Position numbers and translations under genes: made by a program. From the IMG/VR virus record IMGVR_UViG_3300034111_001103, positions 96,001 to 160,000 of that record: a DNA stretch of 64,000 nucleotides. One strand, written 5' to 3'. Within the stretch, counting starts at the first letter, position 1. Each line of letters begins with the position of its first letter. The notes beneath the pieces are model-generated. The model was not told the DNA's origin. It ran no database searches and was given only the letters and a program-made list of their open reading frames with translations. This document shows positions 50,201 to 57,622 of the stretch, piece by piece. This DNA is from a virus.

Positions 50201-52366
50201 TGCAGCATTAAGACTATCTAAATCACCACTAAGGTAACTTTCAAAGTTTTGTTTAAATATTTCATCGTGCATTAATAATTGTCCAGCAGGTAACCTACCT
50301 ACTTTATCTGCAAAGTATCTTACTAAACCCAATTGACTTTTAGACAGCAAAGCTTCTATTCCTGTAGCTGCACCTATTTCTGCTCCTGCTGCTGCTAACA
50401 TAGCACTTTCTATAAAACTAGAAATACCTTCTCTAAATGCAGCTCTAGGGTTTATAGATTTAGACCATTTTATAGAACCATCTTTTCCTCTTACTATAGT
50501 AAAAGCTTGTACATCCTTAATTGCTTTAGGAACATACATATTTATATTGTTTGCATCATTTTTAAATTGTGCATATGTTTTTAATACTTGTTCATCTTTA
50601 GAAAGAACACCTGTTGCATTTCCCCCAATAAGAGCATAATTATGAACAGCATTAACTACACCTACCATTCCACCTACAGTAGGTTTGGTGAAAGGTTGTA
50701 CTATATCAAATTGTACAGAAAATTCTTTAGCTTTTCTTTCATATTGTTCTGTGGTTTCTTTAAAGTTTTTAAAGTCTTTAAAGTTTTCTAGTTCTATTTG
50801 ATCTATTTTTTCTTTGACTTTATCCTGTTGATTAGCTAAAGTGTTATATTTTTGTATTTGATTGTCAATCTCTTGTAAACTTTTAGGATCTATTTGTTGT
50901 CCTTTTGCTTTAAATTCAGCAATAGATTCTTGTTTATATTTAGATAATTCTCCAGCATACTTAGTATACATTTTTTTATTACCTTCAGTAAGAGCCTTTA
51001 AAGTTTCTAATCCTGAAAGAGTTTTTTCTTGAAAGTCCACTACATTTATATCATAAAGATTTCTTAACCCACTTTTAGCTATAGCAGATTTAGCTCTTGA
51101 GTCTCCTAAAATAGAGTTCTCTTTCAAATATTCTTCTAAAGTTTGCCCATTATTACCTCCAATAAATGTTCCTTTTTTAGTAAACATAGAGTTTAAGGCA
51201 GATTTTAGTTCTGGATTGGTTAAAGCACTTGATTCATATCCTAATTTACTTGCTTTAAAAAGAATATCGTTATTGTTTTGAGCTAAAAATTTTTCTGGAG
51301 CTTCTCTTATTACTTTAGCTTCAGTATTATTTATTATATAAGGTATAGAAGCTTTTTGATCTAAAGAAATTATTCTATTATTAAGATCTTCTTTTTTTCT
51401 TTCTAAAAAATGGATAGTTTTATCATACTTAAATATTCTATCTAGAGTATCTTCATACTCTTGTATTTTAACACTATTATCTTTACAACCTTCACCAACA
51501 CAATCTTTGTATCTTCCTAAAGTTTGCTTTAATAAGTTTTGATTAATTTTACTTTTTTCTAGGTAGTCTTCAAGTTTATTTTTTTCTTCTAAAAAACCTT
51601 CTTTTATAGGAGCAGTAAGTTTAGTTATTCCTTCACTTATTTCTTCTGTAGTTTTATTAGGGTCAAATAAAGTATCATAAAGTTCTTTTTTAACTTGATC
51701 TCCTTGTTTAAGAGCCATCATATACATCTCTTTATTAGAAGGATTATTTAAATCTATATTAACTAAATTTTGTTTATCATCTACATAACCAGATTTTATA
51801 TCATAAGTACCAAACATTTGTTTAAAAGCTTGACCATAAAATAACTCTTCTACAGACATAGGTTCCTTTCCTTCAACAGAAGGGGGTAAATCACCTTTTA
51901 ATCTTTTTTCTTCTCCTTGTCCAAATAATACACTTGTTTTAGTAGGTTCTATTGGAGCTTTAACATTTAAAGGATTAGGAATAATTTCATCATACATACT
52001 AGCATATTTCTCTACAGATCTATTTAGATTTCCTTGAGCTATAGTTTTTTGAACATTAGTACTTAAGGGTTTAATTATAGGAGAAATAGGTTTAGTAGTA
52101 TCATTTAGATTTACATTACTAGCTTTAGTTTGTAAAGTCTTAATGTTACTATCTAGTTCTGTTTTTGGGTCTGTAGTAGATTCATAATACCTAGATTTAA
52201 AAGTATTTATATCTGGTAATTTTATGTCACCTTTTTGTAATTTACCATATAAACTATCTAAACCTTCTGGTGTAGAATATTTTGTTTTAAATGTATTATA
52301 GTCAGGAACTTTTATATTTCCTGCGTCTAATTTGTCATAAAGTATTTTTAATTTATCTTCTGGCAT
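38213..52366 (-). CDS. Giant virion-associated RNA polymerase (crAss-like two-barrel vRNAP) with accessory zincin domains, 4717 aa
   Basis: Catalytic GSDFDIDKL (DFDID at 40967-40981) preceded by FRIPTQ; DAQ, KYSV and AFVDIANKP motifs; HELVH zincin at 47657-47671. Confidence 0.9.
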   Translation of the reverse strand: MPEDKLKILYDKLDAGNIKVPDYNTFKTKYSTPEGLDSLYGKLQKGDIKLPDINTFKSRYYESTTDPKTELDSNIKTLQTKASNVNLNDTTKPISPIIKPLSTNVQKTIAQGNLNRSVEKYASMYDEIIPNPLNVKAPIEPTKTSVLFGQGEEKRLKGDLPPSVEGKEPMSVEELFYGQAFKQMFGTYDIKSGYVDDKQNLVNIDLNNPSNKEMYMMALKQGDQVKKELYDTLFDPNKTTEEISEGITKLTAPIKEGFLEEKNKLEDYLEKSKINQNLLKQTLGRYKDCVGEGCKDNSVKIQEYEDTLDRIFKYDKTIHFLERKKEDLNNRIISLDQKASIPYIINNTEAKVIREAPEKFLAQNNNDILFKASKLGYESSALTNPELKSALNSMFTKKGTFIGGNNGQTLEEYLKENSILGDSRAKSAIAKSGLRNLYDINVVDFQEKTLSGLETLKALTEGNKKMYTKYAGELSKYKQESIAEFKAKGQQIDPKSLQEIDNQIQKYNTLANQQDKVKEKIDQIELENFKDFKNFKETTEQYERKAKEFSVQFDIVQPFTKPTVGGMVGVVNAVHNYALIGGNATGVLSKDEQVLKTYAQFKNDANNINMYVPKAIKDVQAFTIVRGKDGSIKWSKSINPRAAFREGISSFIESAMLAAAGAEIGAATGIEALLSKSQLGLVRYFADKVGRLPAGQLLMHDEIFKQNFESYLSGDLDSLNAALTKTEREKLIETGTEMWWTPEYDLFKSLSKQPIKDFVLKQFLRQSLGKSMISPVMKSTVETLFSSLVKVPMEESIEELVGNVANTPFDKSVERNNLKFKADDRLTYEETLSTIMNTTLAMLPTMGMGGYRGLSHTAKSGLANFTSEIYQNPEQYLLLARQYLNTVDDKTLLKLFPEAKNRKEVVDKVEDYYSDVKMTRKDSLPYTPYLLNPKEEDEFYNLTHQLFKLSQVSTPSEETFDRINQLNEERDVLKKKALTFRDEFQADPTKALSKHLPEFFALLDTESINIPVLEGVIKKLDEYKKQFEFTNEMFSSEKNPDRKLYTDDIKRIDELKSKLQERITNINTEAQAIDNIEPVPEDKIQIKNKLYNKGEVLHVYNFVKSKEKAKVFETKDVTILEQLPNGKLKILEDNIEKEVPANYFDNKRFTPKSSLKKYRELNHPKGFVYDHKNTIFTFPVDIKGKETVVKGRLVYRPKDGKGFVMFRYKEDGKLKDQQVLLSDLESYQNNNKNSRLKKLKDLVKDNTPKQTKINSSLVSEKVLTSDEDILLDLGIEQEETTTDQVDNTIETKEADIERRRQELEKQIEKAEKAKAKELQPLIEEKERLENEIAEIEKDTKGSETSTQEIEDAKKEIVNLRNEDGSIPDNKISLFNKLNKKIRFLQKSFKNQIVALVDSFSQLNNLSDKDIRVLNRFVETTDFTFEEIIQELEKRNSTTYKRPSELEYFEDNSTRVDKLNENQEAVDESINERSKLSAEELGIDLDKVYYANELDAFVQKHGSKQTKFIWNLIKNVAEKLKIPTKFLLEGKGNNIAKEHQGEYSNGQVANRASLLTSPDVAARTIVHELVHGVTSYIIDAVKYNKTEVLNKLTPKQINAAKKLSNLLRELQSDSNTKDFYGSKNEHEILAELTHDGFTDALKNKELNFVERFFDYILDILGISTNAYDEALGILKNMIENPIDYVAEGFVSEGVYYSKSENTKLDQLKQQLAEVNKKISEVENRYNNQISNFKNQIQSLLSKEQPTSTTQETPIIEITESSEETDDPTKDIKRIESEDDKLGIEQLFITTTSGHTIGQTGKESLKDNPQVTRLQTFLNNVEDIRQYELLALTEDNASNYGLSGIIFPSKESKDIKLVVVKKLGNGQIKFIGVDGKYLKDINPDTVIYTSMRLPKLTWNNGEENYHENSNSTEKTPENFQNEHIARRNNIIETIKKGKKKNITFPILYVTRGRPVEDAKKSFPITQSLDIKEPNTQIVIFPEKNKEGNFVIVHNKQEKSFPKGRPFVKVGTHLEFLENRRISPEDIDVVMAVLTKIGENKKLSLSQDKEEKIETSKENKKLFDFLSKILYIRNPEYTDKNGETVKQETPLGNNQIFFKTSPSFSIQIPKTSLLPLNTKGLPKIKNELNNRMIFHNIDSNGMMNEFIEYYLEKGKLLERKWATYQDYLISDILPNGNKRSNDEIPLKIKLNPSSETTPNKFGRMMVFKDDTKYAYVDTESFESANEDIPFSSEDGSYQLTNKDLIVNYTIKTVGEEKTVTIDKTFNSKLSNEVIKELIKSNIIELGVFAKESYSFKKIEPIVEKEPVVSEEKVEETNSNNIGFNESDISTTSENIKDFKLVDSEETDYEVEDIEKAEEYLDNVLPQIPLQSVEGLIDNVAWGQLKDKAILLSTLAKRGTIQHEAYEALQKHFLSPKRIERLREEFRNRKGSFIDYQTKKSVKYSEATDFQIKEELADEYMRYHLSKGKLKWDGEYYKNSWFKQLYNIILDLFLGNIESTFKNLSSGKYRKLRLKYNLNSLTKENKLADIELTNPLFYNDSMKSITALLFQFITDKGDSLGNLLKSDINIDNYYDEVRAFFEHIMSSPEERRNFFKEPGKYYTAVHNATLEETNEKFHDVQTSMLYILDNWDYFVKANKKYLGKYKIEFEDEELEENNPNKENKDKNDQFVNTLTINRKLNANLKIKLLVATLKDQYYSPVTRRVITRPNSLFLPTLVDYNKTFVQLMYALAPATNYTEMMDMLYDLTKVDAKFLPLINKLKLDEEVVDKATVELRNDFFIAFSNFKNTYYKLIVNEDGSSVNFVINEKDGINKLKNEWYEKLKSNKKVSVSQGHYVFNLGKPIPTLKTLDQYAQFAKDELGIDIRLKYTKYTSTEEDEILKLLSSIVNYTLSEKEGNIDNIITDSREFKGKFDKLAQLYNKYNPIYETTQHKNIEGEMVQNITLPSYITSINKIFNSISTKGELIDRLPHYAQTMLHSELFSPSGTKKGNITVGVTEGIEERQSDNTDASNKLSLSGRLALDFANGINNIYSIIVPADTKNEWVITYPKSVLSSASDKIYYLPIFINYFKAEVAKAQRESNLKQNTNQLGLFKEILSEKTLSNIDLSEGIETILLKNKEDIEKDLLTFFKERAKETENRLWINNLIVPIEGKKDEYRILLTPEGKEEKTVEGTFNKFKNISKEQIASIVYEEEVKYMINIFEQFNLFFLNPNEWKDPFKRIKQTTSGSQKVVYSAQYFNDYHNKNSNVAFIEEDTIGQESTESVELFPGDLGYVNHQEEFNVQVYIDPVVVSEEYEALKEILGEEEAKPYSELKEPDAQALAFLGGYSQIKRRANSWTEVDEAFKQYDDALCRSDMDLYPKAKKDKKRADALRALDKKIIAKGNPFFTIQAINKVREEQGLNPLPLPNMNILKPAYNGLKSDGTFEQHKYSVAPLIWSHIRYIDEATGEVKFSNAKDFYIKHYTNQTTYITFESANKVGQTKDTEELYKPNGTPNLNIKHKVLSWEWFGIQVETITQKMSTTLGTQLTKLGILNLMSNGVPKDFRKTNSHLSEEDLKTEWDSLSEEEKRTASNHYNLVRKNFEILAAMETKAINQFYKDFGGEVTIDPNTNRKVLTFNNYKKFEEKIQQELVNRDKPLNVKSLIRTNDQGQFILPFDTIISGTDTVENIINSIINKAILTPKIFGGQFPQIASTLFERNPRKKDSKTKKLYSGELKFYKNEDGKRICQVKLPWRYKELLGLENFDFSKIDKELLKGIGFRIPTQALNSVEHFEIVGFLDPSYGDAIMVPSEIVGKAGSDFDIDKLNLYLYNHKFNKQTGKLEKINFLNNTNSTVEERYKKLQKAQTFYEFLNSKEGYNYFKASLDTDSTKLISDIFGEDLSDSRIDLTKSYDENLEIAKQNSEEEKKSIPTFEEFKKLSIYEQNSKKALDNYYIDNLREIVQLEENFKQLVKPNSADPLENEANKIKELKERNQKKKAYHTSILSRLHNIVKRYSFLVGKEGVGIAASNQTLNAISQTIVSNIPVEFPFLFNTNVPVNDANTIYSLSQELNSKGERISDLISMFLDAFVDIANKPYIFDANGNLTTAGTYIAGVRLGIPLSTLVRFFNQPIIIDYVNLLIQNQGALVRLNKRNPKSKKEIQEQLIVKYKLPTDKEGRMITLDRENYTDQELEEFILSDKNPDFAINQATLLVQFRQLEQVAQDILTLSQGVNVDTTLDRSFDSTRVKLSKLKDALESSLGKTMFELYKTTHIGNLYEIKNTILKSFSELYLSENPVIRPFLNKLMNSVLQSKKSIDDIEKELKNIRKDLVTYLLHTLPITYGPLVDQTISSYYPTLFLNKDTNIANTIRQAQETYKGSSMFLSNIIGVNPVYLNKDDKHFQSRLLRKPEDSNESNQMTADLYNLSKKATTENLAKSIIIGVIAQNGVTNTPNSYNTLIPADAIENIMAQVLTQFREKLSPELQQQYIEDFVNNYYQSKWYDNKLVPIYQAPVYENRTKNIYRQQKVTKGDLEATVNIIQIASSKEITQKPYIKVKKQAINPKTGKYYTKVEKDAMVKRKDFSFNEIVLYKRLEVPNPITQEKDVPLVATKDNKGFLVTYFPVRKYGNRETSEYYNSNTDYKPSYINNESVQTLRPNMNENLLRNMKDTMPIYWDSELKSRYSFKSQDFLVSLQNMLDKLNNQQKLPFTQNQPTQSQESNITSEELGLNTNLSQKDAKCLQ

Positions 52367-52377
52367 TTTATTGTTTT

Positions 52378-53949
52378 TTAAACCCCTAAATCTTTTTTTT
52401 CAGAAGTTGAATTCCCATGAGATGTTGGAAAAGCTTTTTCTACTCCTTTTACAATATCATCTACAGGATATTCAACTGTTTTATTAAACCTATTAGGTAT
52501 TTCTATTTCTACTGTATAACTTCTTTTTAAAGGATTGTATTTAGCTTTAACTACATCATGTTCATTACCCATTATATCATGATAAGAATTCAATAAGTCA
52601 ATAACAGAAGATTCATCCCCTCCAGTTATTGCATCTTTAACAGAATACAAATCTGTTTTAATTTTTACTTTTTCATCTCCTTTCTGTGTTTCTAAATTCA
52701 CAACTGTTTTCTTTTCAGACTCATCTTTTTGACTTGTACCTATTTTACCTTTTAAATCATTTTCTACATCAACAAGATTTCTTCTTGTACCATAAGCATC
52801 TAAAATAGGTATACCGAGTTTACTAGCTCTTTCATAAATACTTCTTGCTATTGGATCTTTAATAGTAGATACAAATTCTGAATCTACTTTAGCTTTATAA
52901 GCATATACTTCTTTTTCTTTAGCACCTTGAGCAGCAATAATGGCTTTTTGGTTTTGTAGTTGTCTATACATTTCTTCTTGTTTAGACATATCAAATCCTC
53001 CAAAAGAATGAGAATTTTGAATATTCATTAAATCTTCTTTAAAATCATTCATAAATTCTTCTTTACGTAAAGACTTTAGTATTTCCCCATTTACTCCAGG
53101 ATTATTTATAGCAGAACTATATTTAGATATATAACCTTCAACTTCATACAAAGCTTGTTTAGCCATTACATTATTTGGGTCTTTATTAAGTATTTGTAAT
53201 GCTTCATTTTTATAAGCAGATAAAGCATTTAATTTTTCTGTAGCATCTTGTAAACCTTCTGTTCCCCAATCTCTATCTGCAAATTGTTCTTCAAATTCAT
53301 AATCTTTTAAAGCTCTTACATTAGGATCAGACATCATATTATTAGTAATTAAACTTATTTCATTTGGGTCATAGAATTCATCTACTCTTCCTGTTTTAGG
53401 ATCAAAACTTTTAATTTTTTTTAATTTACCTATTTCTTCTGTAAGTCTTTTTCCTATCTTAGGATCTAAAAAACCTTGACCAGTAAATTTAGTATCTCTT
53501 ATGTAAAGTCCTTGGTTTATATATCTTTCTGCTTGTTTGAGGATACGAGAATAATATGTTTCTCCTTTAGCTAAAGCATCAGCTTGTTTTTTAGCTTCTA
53601 TTTCTGTTACAGTACCTCTTTCAGCAATACCCATAAAATCAGGATTACTTGTTACTTGTGAAATATATCCTTTTAATTGATTTAGAGTAGAAGGATTTCT
53701 AAAGTCATTATGAGAAATTTTAGATACTTGTTGTAATACTCCATCTATTATTTCTTGTTTCTTTTTAGTATCTTCTCCAGGAAGAGAAGGGATACTATAC
53801 AGTTTGTCTAAAAGGAGATCATCTGCTTTTTGAATATTATCTTGGATATTTTTATCTGTAAATAAAGCTCCTTTCAAAAGTAAATCTTCTGAAACTGGCG
53901 GCTTCCATTCTACTGGTTCGACTGGGGTGCTATAAGGGGTGAATGCCAT
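52378..53949 (-). CDS. Putative virion cargo/ejection protein
   Basis: 523 aa, helical; located immediately upstream of the vRNAP gene as in crAss-like gene order. Confidence 0.6.
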   Translation of the reverse strand: MAFTPYSTPVEPVEWKPPVSEDLLLKGALFTDKNIQDNIQKADDLLLDKLYSIPSLPGEDTKKKQEIIDGVLQQVSKISHNDFRNPSTLNQLKGYISQVTSNPDFMGIAERGTVTEIEAKKQADALAKGETYYSRILKQAERYINQGLYIRDTKFTGQGFLDPKIGKRLTEEIGKLKKIKSFDPKTGRVDEFYDPNEISLITNNMMSDPNVRALKDYEFEEQFADRDWGTEGLQDATEKLNALSAYKNEALQILNKDPNNVMAKQALYEVEGYISKYSSAINNPGVNGEILKSLRKEEFMNDFKEDLMNIQNSHSFGGFDMSKQEEMYRQLQNQKAIIAAQGAKEKEVYAYKAKVDSEFVSTIKDPIARSIYERASKLGIPILDAYGTRRNLVDVENDLKGKIGTSQKDESEKKTVVNLETQKGDEKVKIKTDLYSVKDAITGGDESSVIDLLNSYHDIMGNEHDVVKAKYNPLKRSYTVEIEIPNRFNKTVEYPVDDIVKGVEKAFPTSHGNSTSEKKDLGV

Positions 53950-53980
53950 TTTTGTTTAATGTTTATTTATTAATATAAAT

Positions 53981-54037
53981 AAAAAAGGTTTTTAATATTA
54001 TCCTACAAATATAAGTAAAATAAGATTAAAAACCAAT
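53981..54037 (-). promoter_or_regulatory. Bacteroidota-type promoter nested inside a terminator-like hairpin
   Basis: Minus strand reads (A)TTG-N20-TATATTTG (54037-54006). A 14/15 inverted repeat (53987-54001 / 54020-54034) is followed by T6 on the minus strand. Confidence 0.65.
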
Positions 54038-54054
54038 TTTAGTTTTAAGATAAC

Positions 54055-56481
54055 TTATTTTAGTTTTTTCTTTAAATTTAATTTAATTTTACCTCCATGT
54101 TTTCCTTGAGGTTTATCTTTTTCTTTATCTTTTTCTTTCTCTTTTTCTTTTTGGGGTTGACTCCCACTATAAGAAGGATTCCAAGGTTCATCAGTAGCAT
54201 TAGGCATAAAAGTAGAGTTAATGTAATGTTTAGCTAGAGCATAGTCTCTTCTTAGCATATCATTTTTTAAAGCTTGATTACTATCCTTTCTCATTTGAAT
54301 ATCTAAAGCTCCATCTCTTCTATATATTTTGTCAGTAAAATTATTTAATTCAGCTTGATTTAATTGGTCTATTCTCATATTAGCTTGAGCATTAAATTGT
54401 TGTGCTTGACTATCTTGTCCTCTATCATAGTTATATTTTTGACCATATATTTGTTCATTCTGATTGTAGGCATTTGTTTGAGCTTGTAAAAGATTAGCTA
54501 CATCTGCTGAAGTTCTAGAACCTAGATTAGATTTGAAAGCATTATAACCTCTTTGTACTTGATTTAATTGAGGTTGTATATTTAAATACCTAGGGTCTAT
54601 ATATTCTGGAGTTAAAGAAGAAGTAGATATAGGTGCTTTAGCATAGTTTCCTGGGATATTAAAACCTCCCATTAAGTCCATATAATTAGGATTTTGTCCT
54701 TGTGTAGCTTTTCTGTAGTCAAATTCTGTTTCTGGACCTAATTGATCTCCTTGTCTTTGTGCAGGAGGAGAAGTTCTGGGTTGAGTAGAGTTTTGAGTAG
54801 TTGATGCAGGTGTTTGTCTAGGAAAAAACATTCTTTTACCTCTATAATTATCTATAAAATTACCTCTTAAATCTTTTAATTGTTGATCTGATAAATTATT
54901 AACATCATAATCTTTATATCTAGCTTCATTTTTATTAGTAACTCCCCATTGTTTATACATATCCCTAATTAAAGAAGGATCATTGTCTAAAGCCCAATCA
55001 TAAGCAAATTCTTGCAAATCTTCAGTTTTTTCAAATCTATCTTTAGCTCCTAATGCTCCAGCTTCTCTAGCTTTTTGTTCCCACATTTGTCTAGCACCCT
55101 CCCAATTGAACACAGGATTATCATTTAAATTACCTCCTTTTGGAGTTTCTTGTCCTTGTTTAGTTACAAACTTTTGTTGAGTCCAATTATCTTCTTGACC
55201 TCCTCCAGACATTTTAGGTAATTGCCCCCCATTCTTCATATAACCTTGAGCCATCATAGCTTCTTGTTGTACTTTAGAACCATGAAGACCTGTTAATTTT
55301 TGTATTTCTTGTTTTTGAAAAAGCTCATCTAGATTTTCATTCTTTAGTTTAATATTTAAATCTGCTGTAGCTTTACCTATTTTATCTGTGAATTTAGATT
55401 TAAGATTTTTTACATCTTTTTCTGTAGAATAAAGTTTTGCCATTTGAGCATAAGATTTTTTAGTTTTAGAGTCTTTTAGTTTTTCAGAAAACACTTTAGT
55501 ACCTTGAGGAAGTTGCATATCTATTCCTCCTTGAGAATGTGGTGGTCCATACACAGGTCCTGCAAGTCCATTAGGAATTTGTAACATTTCTTGTCCTTCT
55601 ACTTCTACATTAGCTCCATTTTCTGCTTTATAGTTATGCATTCCTATTTCTCCCCCATGAGCACGATAAGCTTGGCTTCTGTTATATTCAAAATCTTGAT
55701 TAGTAGGGTTTTCTAAAGATTGTCTTTTAGCAAAAGTTAATGCTTGAGCTTCTTGCCATTGAGTTCTATTATTTCTTATAGAATTACCTGCATTATCTAG
55801 GATACCTTTTACTCCATTTATAGAAGCCATAGCAGCATTACCAAAAGCTGCTGCTCTGTTAAAGTATTTATTGTTAGAAGGTCCAAATATACTATCTAGA
55901 TTCCATCTACCTTGTTGTCCTTGAGTAGATTGTCCTTGTTTACTTTCATAGGGTTGATAGAGATCTGTTTTGCCTGAAAGAATATCATTAGAGTTATATC
56001 TATCATCTAGTGGAGTATTTCTAAATTGACTTTTATTTTCATATAAACCTCTTGTATTATAAGGATTTTCTGGAATATTATATTGAGGTGGTCCCATAGT
56101 TCCTGGTGCTTGTGGTCTATTAGCAACTATATTAGAAAACTTATTAGGGGGAGTATTCCAATTAAATCCTACTCCCATATTACCTCCAGTATTAGGATTA
56201 AACCCTTGAGTATTGTCTAGCATTCCTGGATTGTAAGGTTGATAGTTTTGTTGAGTATTCCAAGCATTGTTTTGGTTTAAATTTAAAGGTTGTCCTAAAG
56301 AGTTTTGTAATGTATCATCAGTTATAAGTCCATTATCAGCTTTAGGTAGTTTACCTCCATTTTTCATTAATGGTTTTATTAAAGAATCTATATCTTCTCC
56401 ATTTTGTATAGCTCTTTTTACTTTATTTTGTAAGTTTTTAGGTATTACTATTTCTATACCTTGTTCATTTCTTATTTTCAT
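54055..56481 (-). CDS. Q/N/G-rich putative virion cargo protein with repeated xxGG motifs
   Basis: 808 aa; KNGGKL, AHGGEI, KNGGQL and KHGGKI repeats; EVEGQE...GPPHSQGGI...VFS module. Confidence 0.65.
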   Translation of the reverse strand: MKIRNEQGIEIVIPKNLQNKVKRAIQNGEDIDSLIKPLMKNGGKLPKADNGLITDDTLQNSLGQPLNLNQNNAWNTQQNYQPYNPGMLDNTQGFNPNTGGNMGVGFNWNTPPNKFSNIVANRPQAPGTMGPPQYNIPENPYNTRGLYENKSQFRNTPLDDRYNSNDILSGKTDLYQPYESKQGQSTQGQQGRWNLDSIFGPSNNKYFNRAAAFGNAAMASINGVKGILDNAGNSIRNNRTQWQEAQALTFAKRQSLENPTNQDFEYNRSQAYRAHGGEIGMHNYKAENGANVEVEGQEMLQIPNGLAGPVYGPPHSQGGIDMQLPQGTKVFSEKLKDSKTKKSYAQMAKLYSTEKDVKNLKSKFTDKIGKATADLNIKLKNENLDELFQKQEIQKLTGLHGSKVQQEAMMAQGYMKNGGQLPKMSGGGQEDNWTQQKFVTKQGQETPKGGNLNDNPVFNWEGARQMWEQKAREAGALGAKDRFEKTEDLQEFAYDWALDNDPSLIRDMYKQWGVTNKNEARYKDYDVNNLSDQQLKDLRGNFIDNYRGKRMFFPRQTPASTTQNSTQPRTSPPAQRQGDQLGPETEFDYRKATQGQNPNYMDLMGGFNIPGNYAKAPISTSSLTPEYIDPRYLNIQPQLNQVQRGYNAFKSNLGSRTSADVANLLQAQTNAYNQNEQIYGQKYNYDRGQDSQAQQFNAQANMRIDQLNQAELNNFTDKIYRRDGALDIQMRKDSNQALKNDMLRRDYALAKHYINSTFMPNATDEPWNPSYSGSQPQKEKEKEKDKEKDKPQGKHGGKIKLNLKKKLK

Positions 56482-56494
56482 ATTGTTTGATTTT

Positions 56495-57622
56495 TTAATC
56501 TATTATTGTCCAATTTGATATTTTACCTCCATTTCTATATAATCCTGTACTAGCTAATCCAATATTAGCTCTTTCTCTACTATCTGCTGATTTGTCTGCA
56601 TCTTCTTGATTTGTAAAGTATCCTGTATGATAACCATTTTTATAAAATTCATCTATTGCATTATTATTAGGAAACCTAATACCATTAATAACTGTAGGGA
56701 TATTATAGTAACCTGTTTCATCATCAATACCTATTACACTTTCTGTGCTAACATTTCCATTATTATTATCATATAATTTTTTTCTAGGACTTCCATCTGG
56801 ATTTTGATTTAAAGGTAAAAAAGTTCCTGTATAGTTTTTACTATATTCTGGTTGAATACTTTCAGGAATAGTTCTACCTCCATTTTTATAAGTTTGTTTA
56901 GATGCATTATTAAACAAATCATATTTTTGTTTTAAAGTAATAATATCTCCAGCATAATTAAAAGGAGCAAAACCTGTTTTTTTACTTTTTATAAAAGATA
57001 AAGCATCTGAAGCTACACTTGCTTGATTCAAAGTATCTGTTGGGTTTTTATAAAGTTCTACAACATCTTGAGCATTTAAAGCATAATCCAATCCTTGTCT
57101 TAATTGAGGGGGAGCAAAATATTTTCCTAATGTTATCATTGTAGTGCCTACAGCATCTGCTTTGTTTATAAGGGGGGTATGAGGTAATTGATCTTGATAT
57201 TTACTTTCTAAATTACCAATTTCTTGTCCTTTATCTCTTTGTTTTAACATATCAAAAAAATTAGAAGAACCTAAACCTCCATTTAAAGAACCTATAGAGT
57301 CTTGTATTTGTTTTAAATCATTTAATTTTTTTTGTACATTTACAATATTAACTTTAGGGGTTGTATTTAATTTTATCCCTTGAAAATTTAATTTATCTGT
57401 TAATGATGGTTCTATTTTAGTAGCGTCTTGAACTGGTATAAAATTAGGTTTTGGTATAATAGTAGGTATATTTTTAGTAGAAGTAACAGTTATTTCTGGT
57501 AACATAATTGGATTATATATGGATCCAGATTGTTGTCTTTGGGAGACTATATCTCTAGTAGCTCCTCCATTAGGAAACTTGAATACATCTTCAACAATAC
57601 TCCATTTTGATTTTTTCTTCAT
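56495..57622 (-). CDS. Putative virion protein with NGG repeats
   Basis: Likely start MKKKSKW at 57622, coupled to the upstream stop. Contains FPNGG, YKNGG and YRNGG. Confidence 0.6.
   Translation of the reverse strand: MKKKSKWSIVEDVFKFPNGGATRDIVSQRQQSGSIYNPIMLPEITVTSTKNIPTIIPKPNFIPVQDATKIEPSLTDKLNFQGIKLNTTPKVNIVNVQKKLNDLKQIQDSIGSLNGGLGSSNFFDMLKQRDKGQEIGNLESKYQDQLPHTPLINKADAVGTTMITLGKYFAPPQLRQGLDYALNAQDVVELYKNPTDTLNQASVASDALSFIKSKKTGFAPFNYAGDIITLKQKYDLFNNASKQTYKNGGRTIPESIQPEYSKNYTGTFLPLNQNPDGSPRKKLYDNNNGNVSTESVIGIDDETGYYNIPTVINGIRFPNNNAIDEFYKNGYHTGYFTNQEDADKSADSRERANIGLASTGLYRNGGKISNWTIID

Noticed and set aside
54105-54152. Purine/pyrimidine-biased repeat
   Set aside because: It simply encodes a low-complexity KEKEKEKDKEKDK tail.
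32176-56518. Short + strand ORFs inside the giant - strand genes (e.g. 33499, 35921, 48057, 49905)
   Set aside because: F/L/S/I-rich antisense shadows of K/E-rich coding sequence, with no recognisable motifs.
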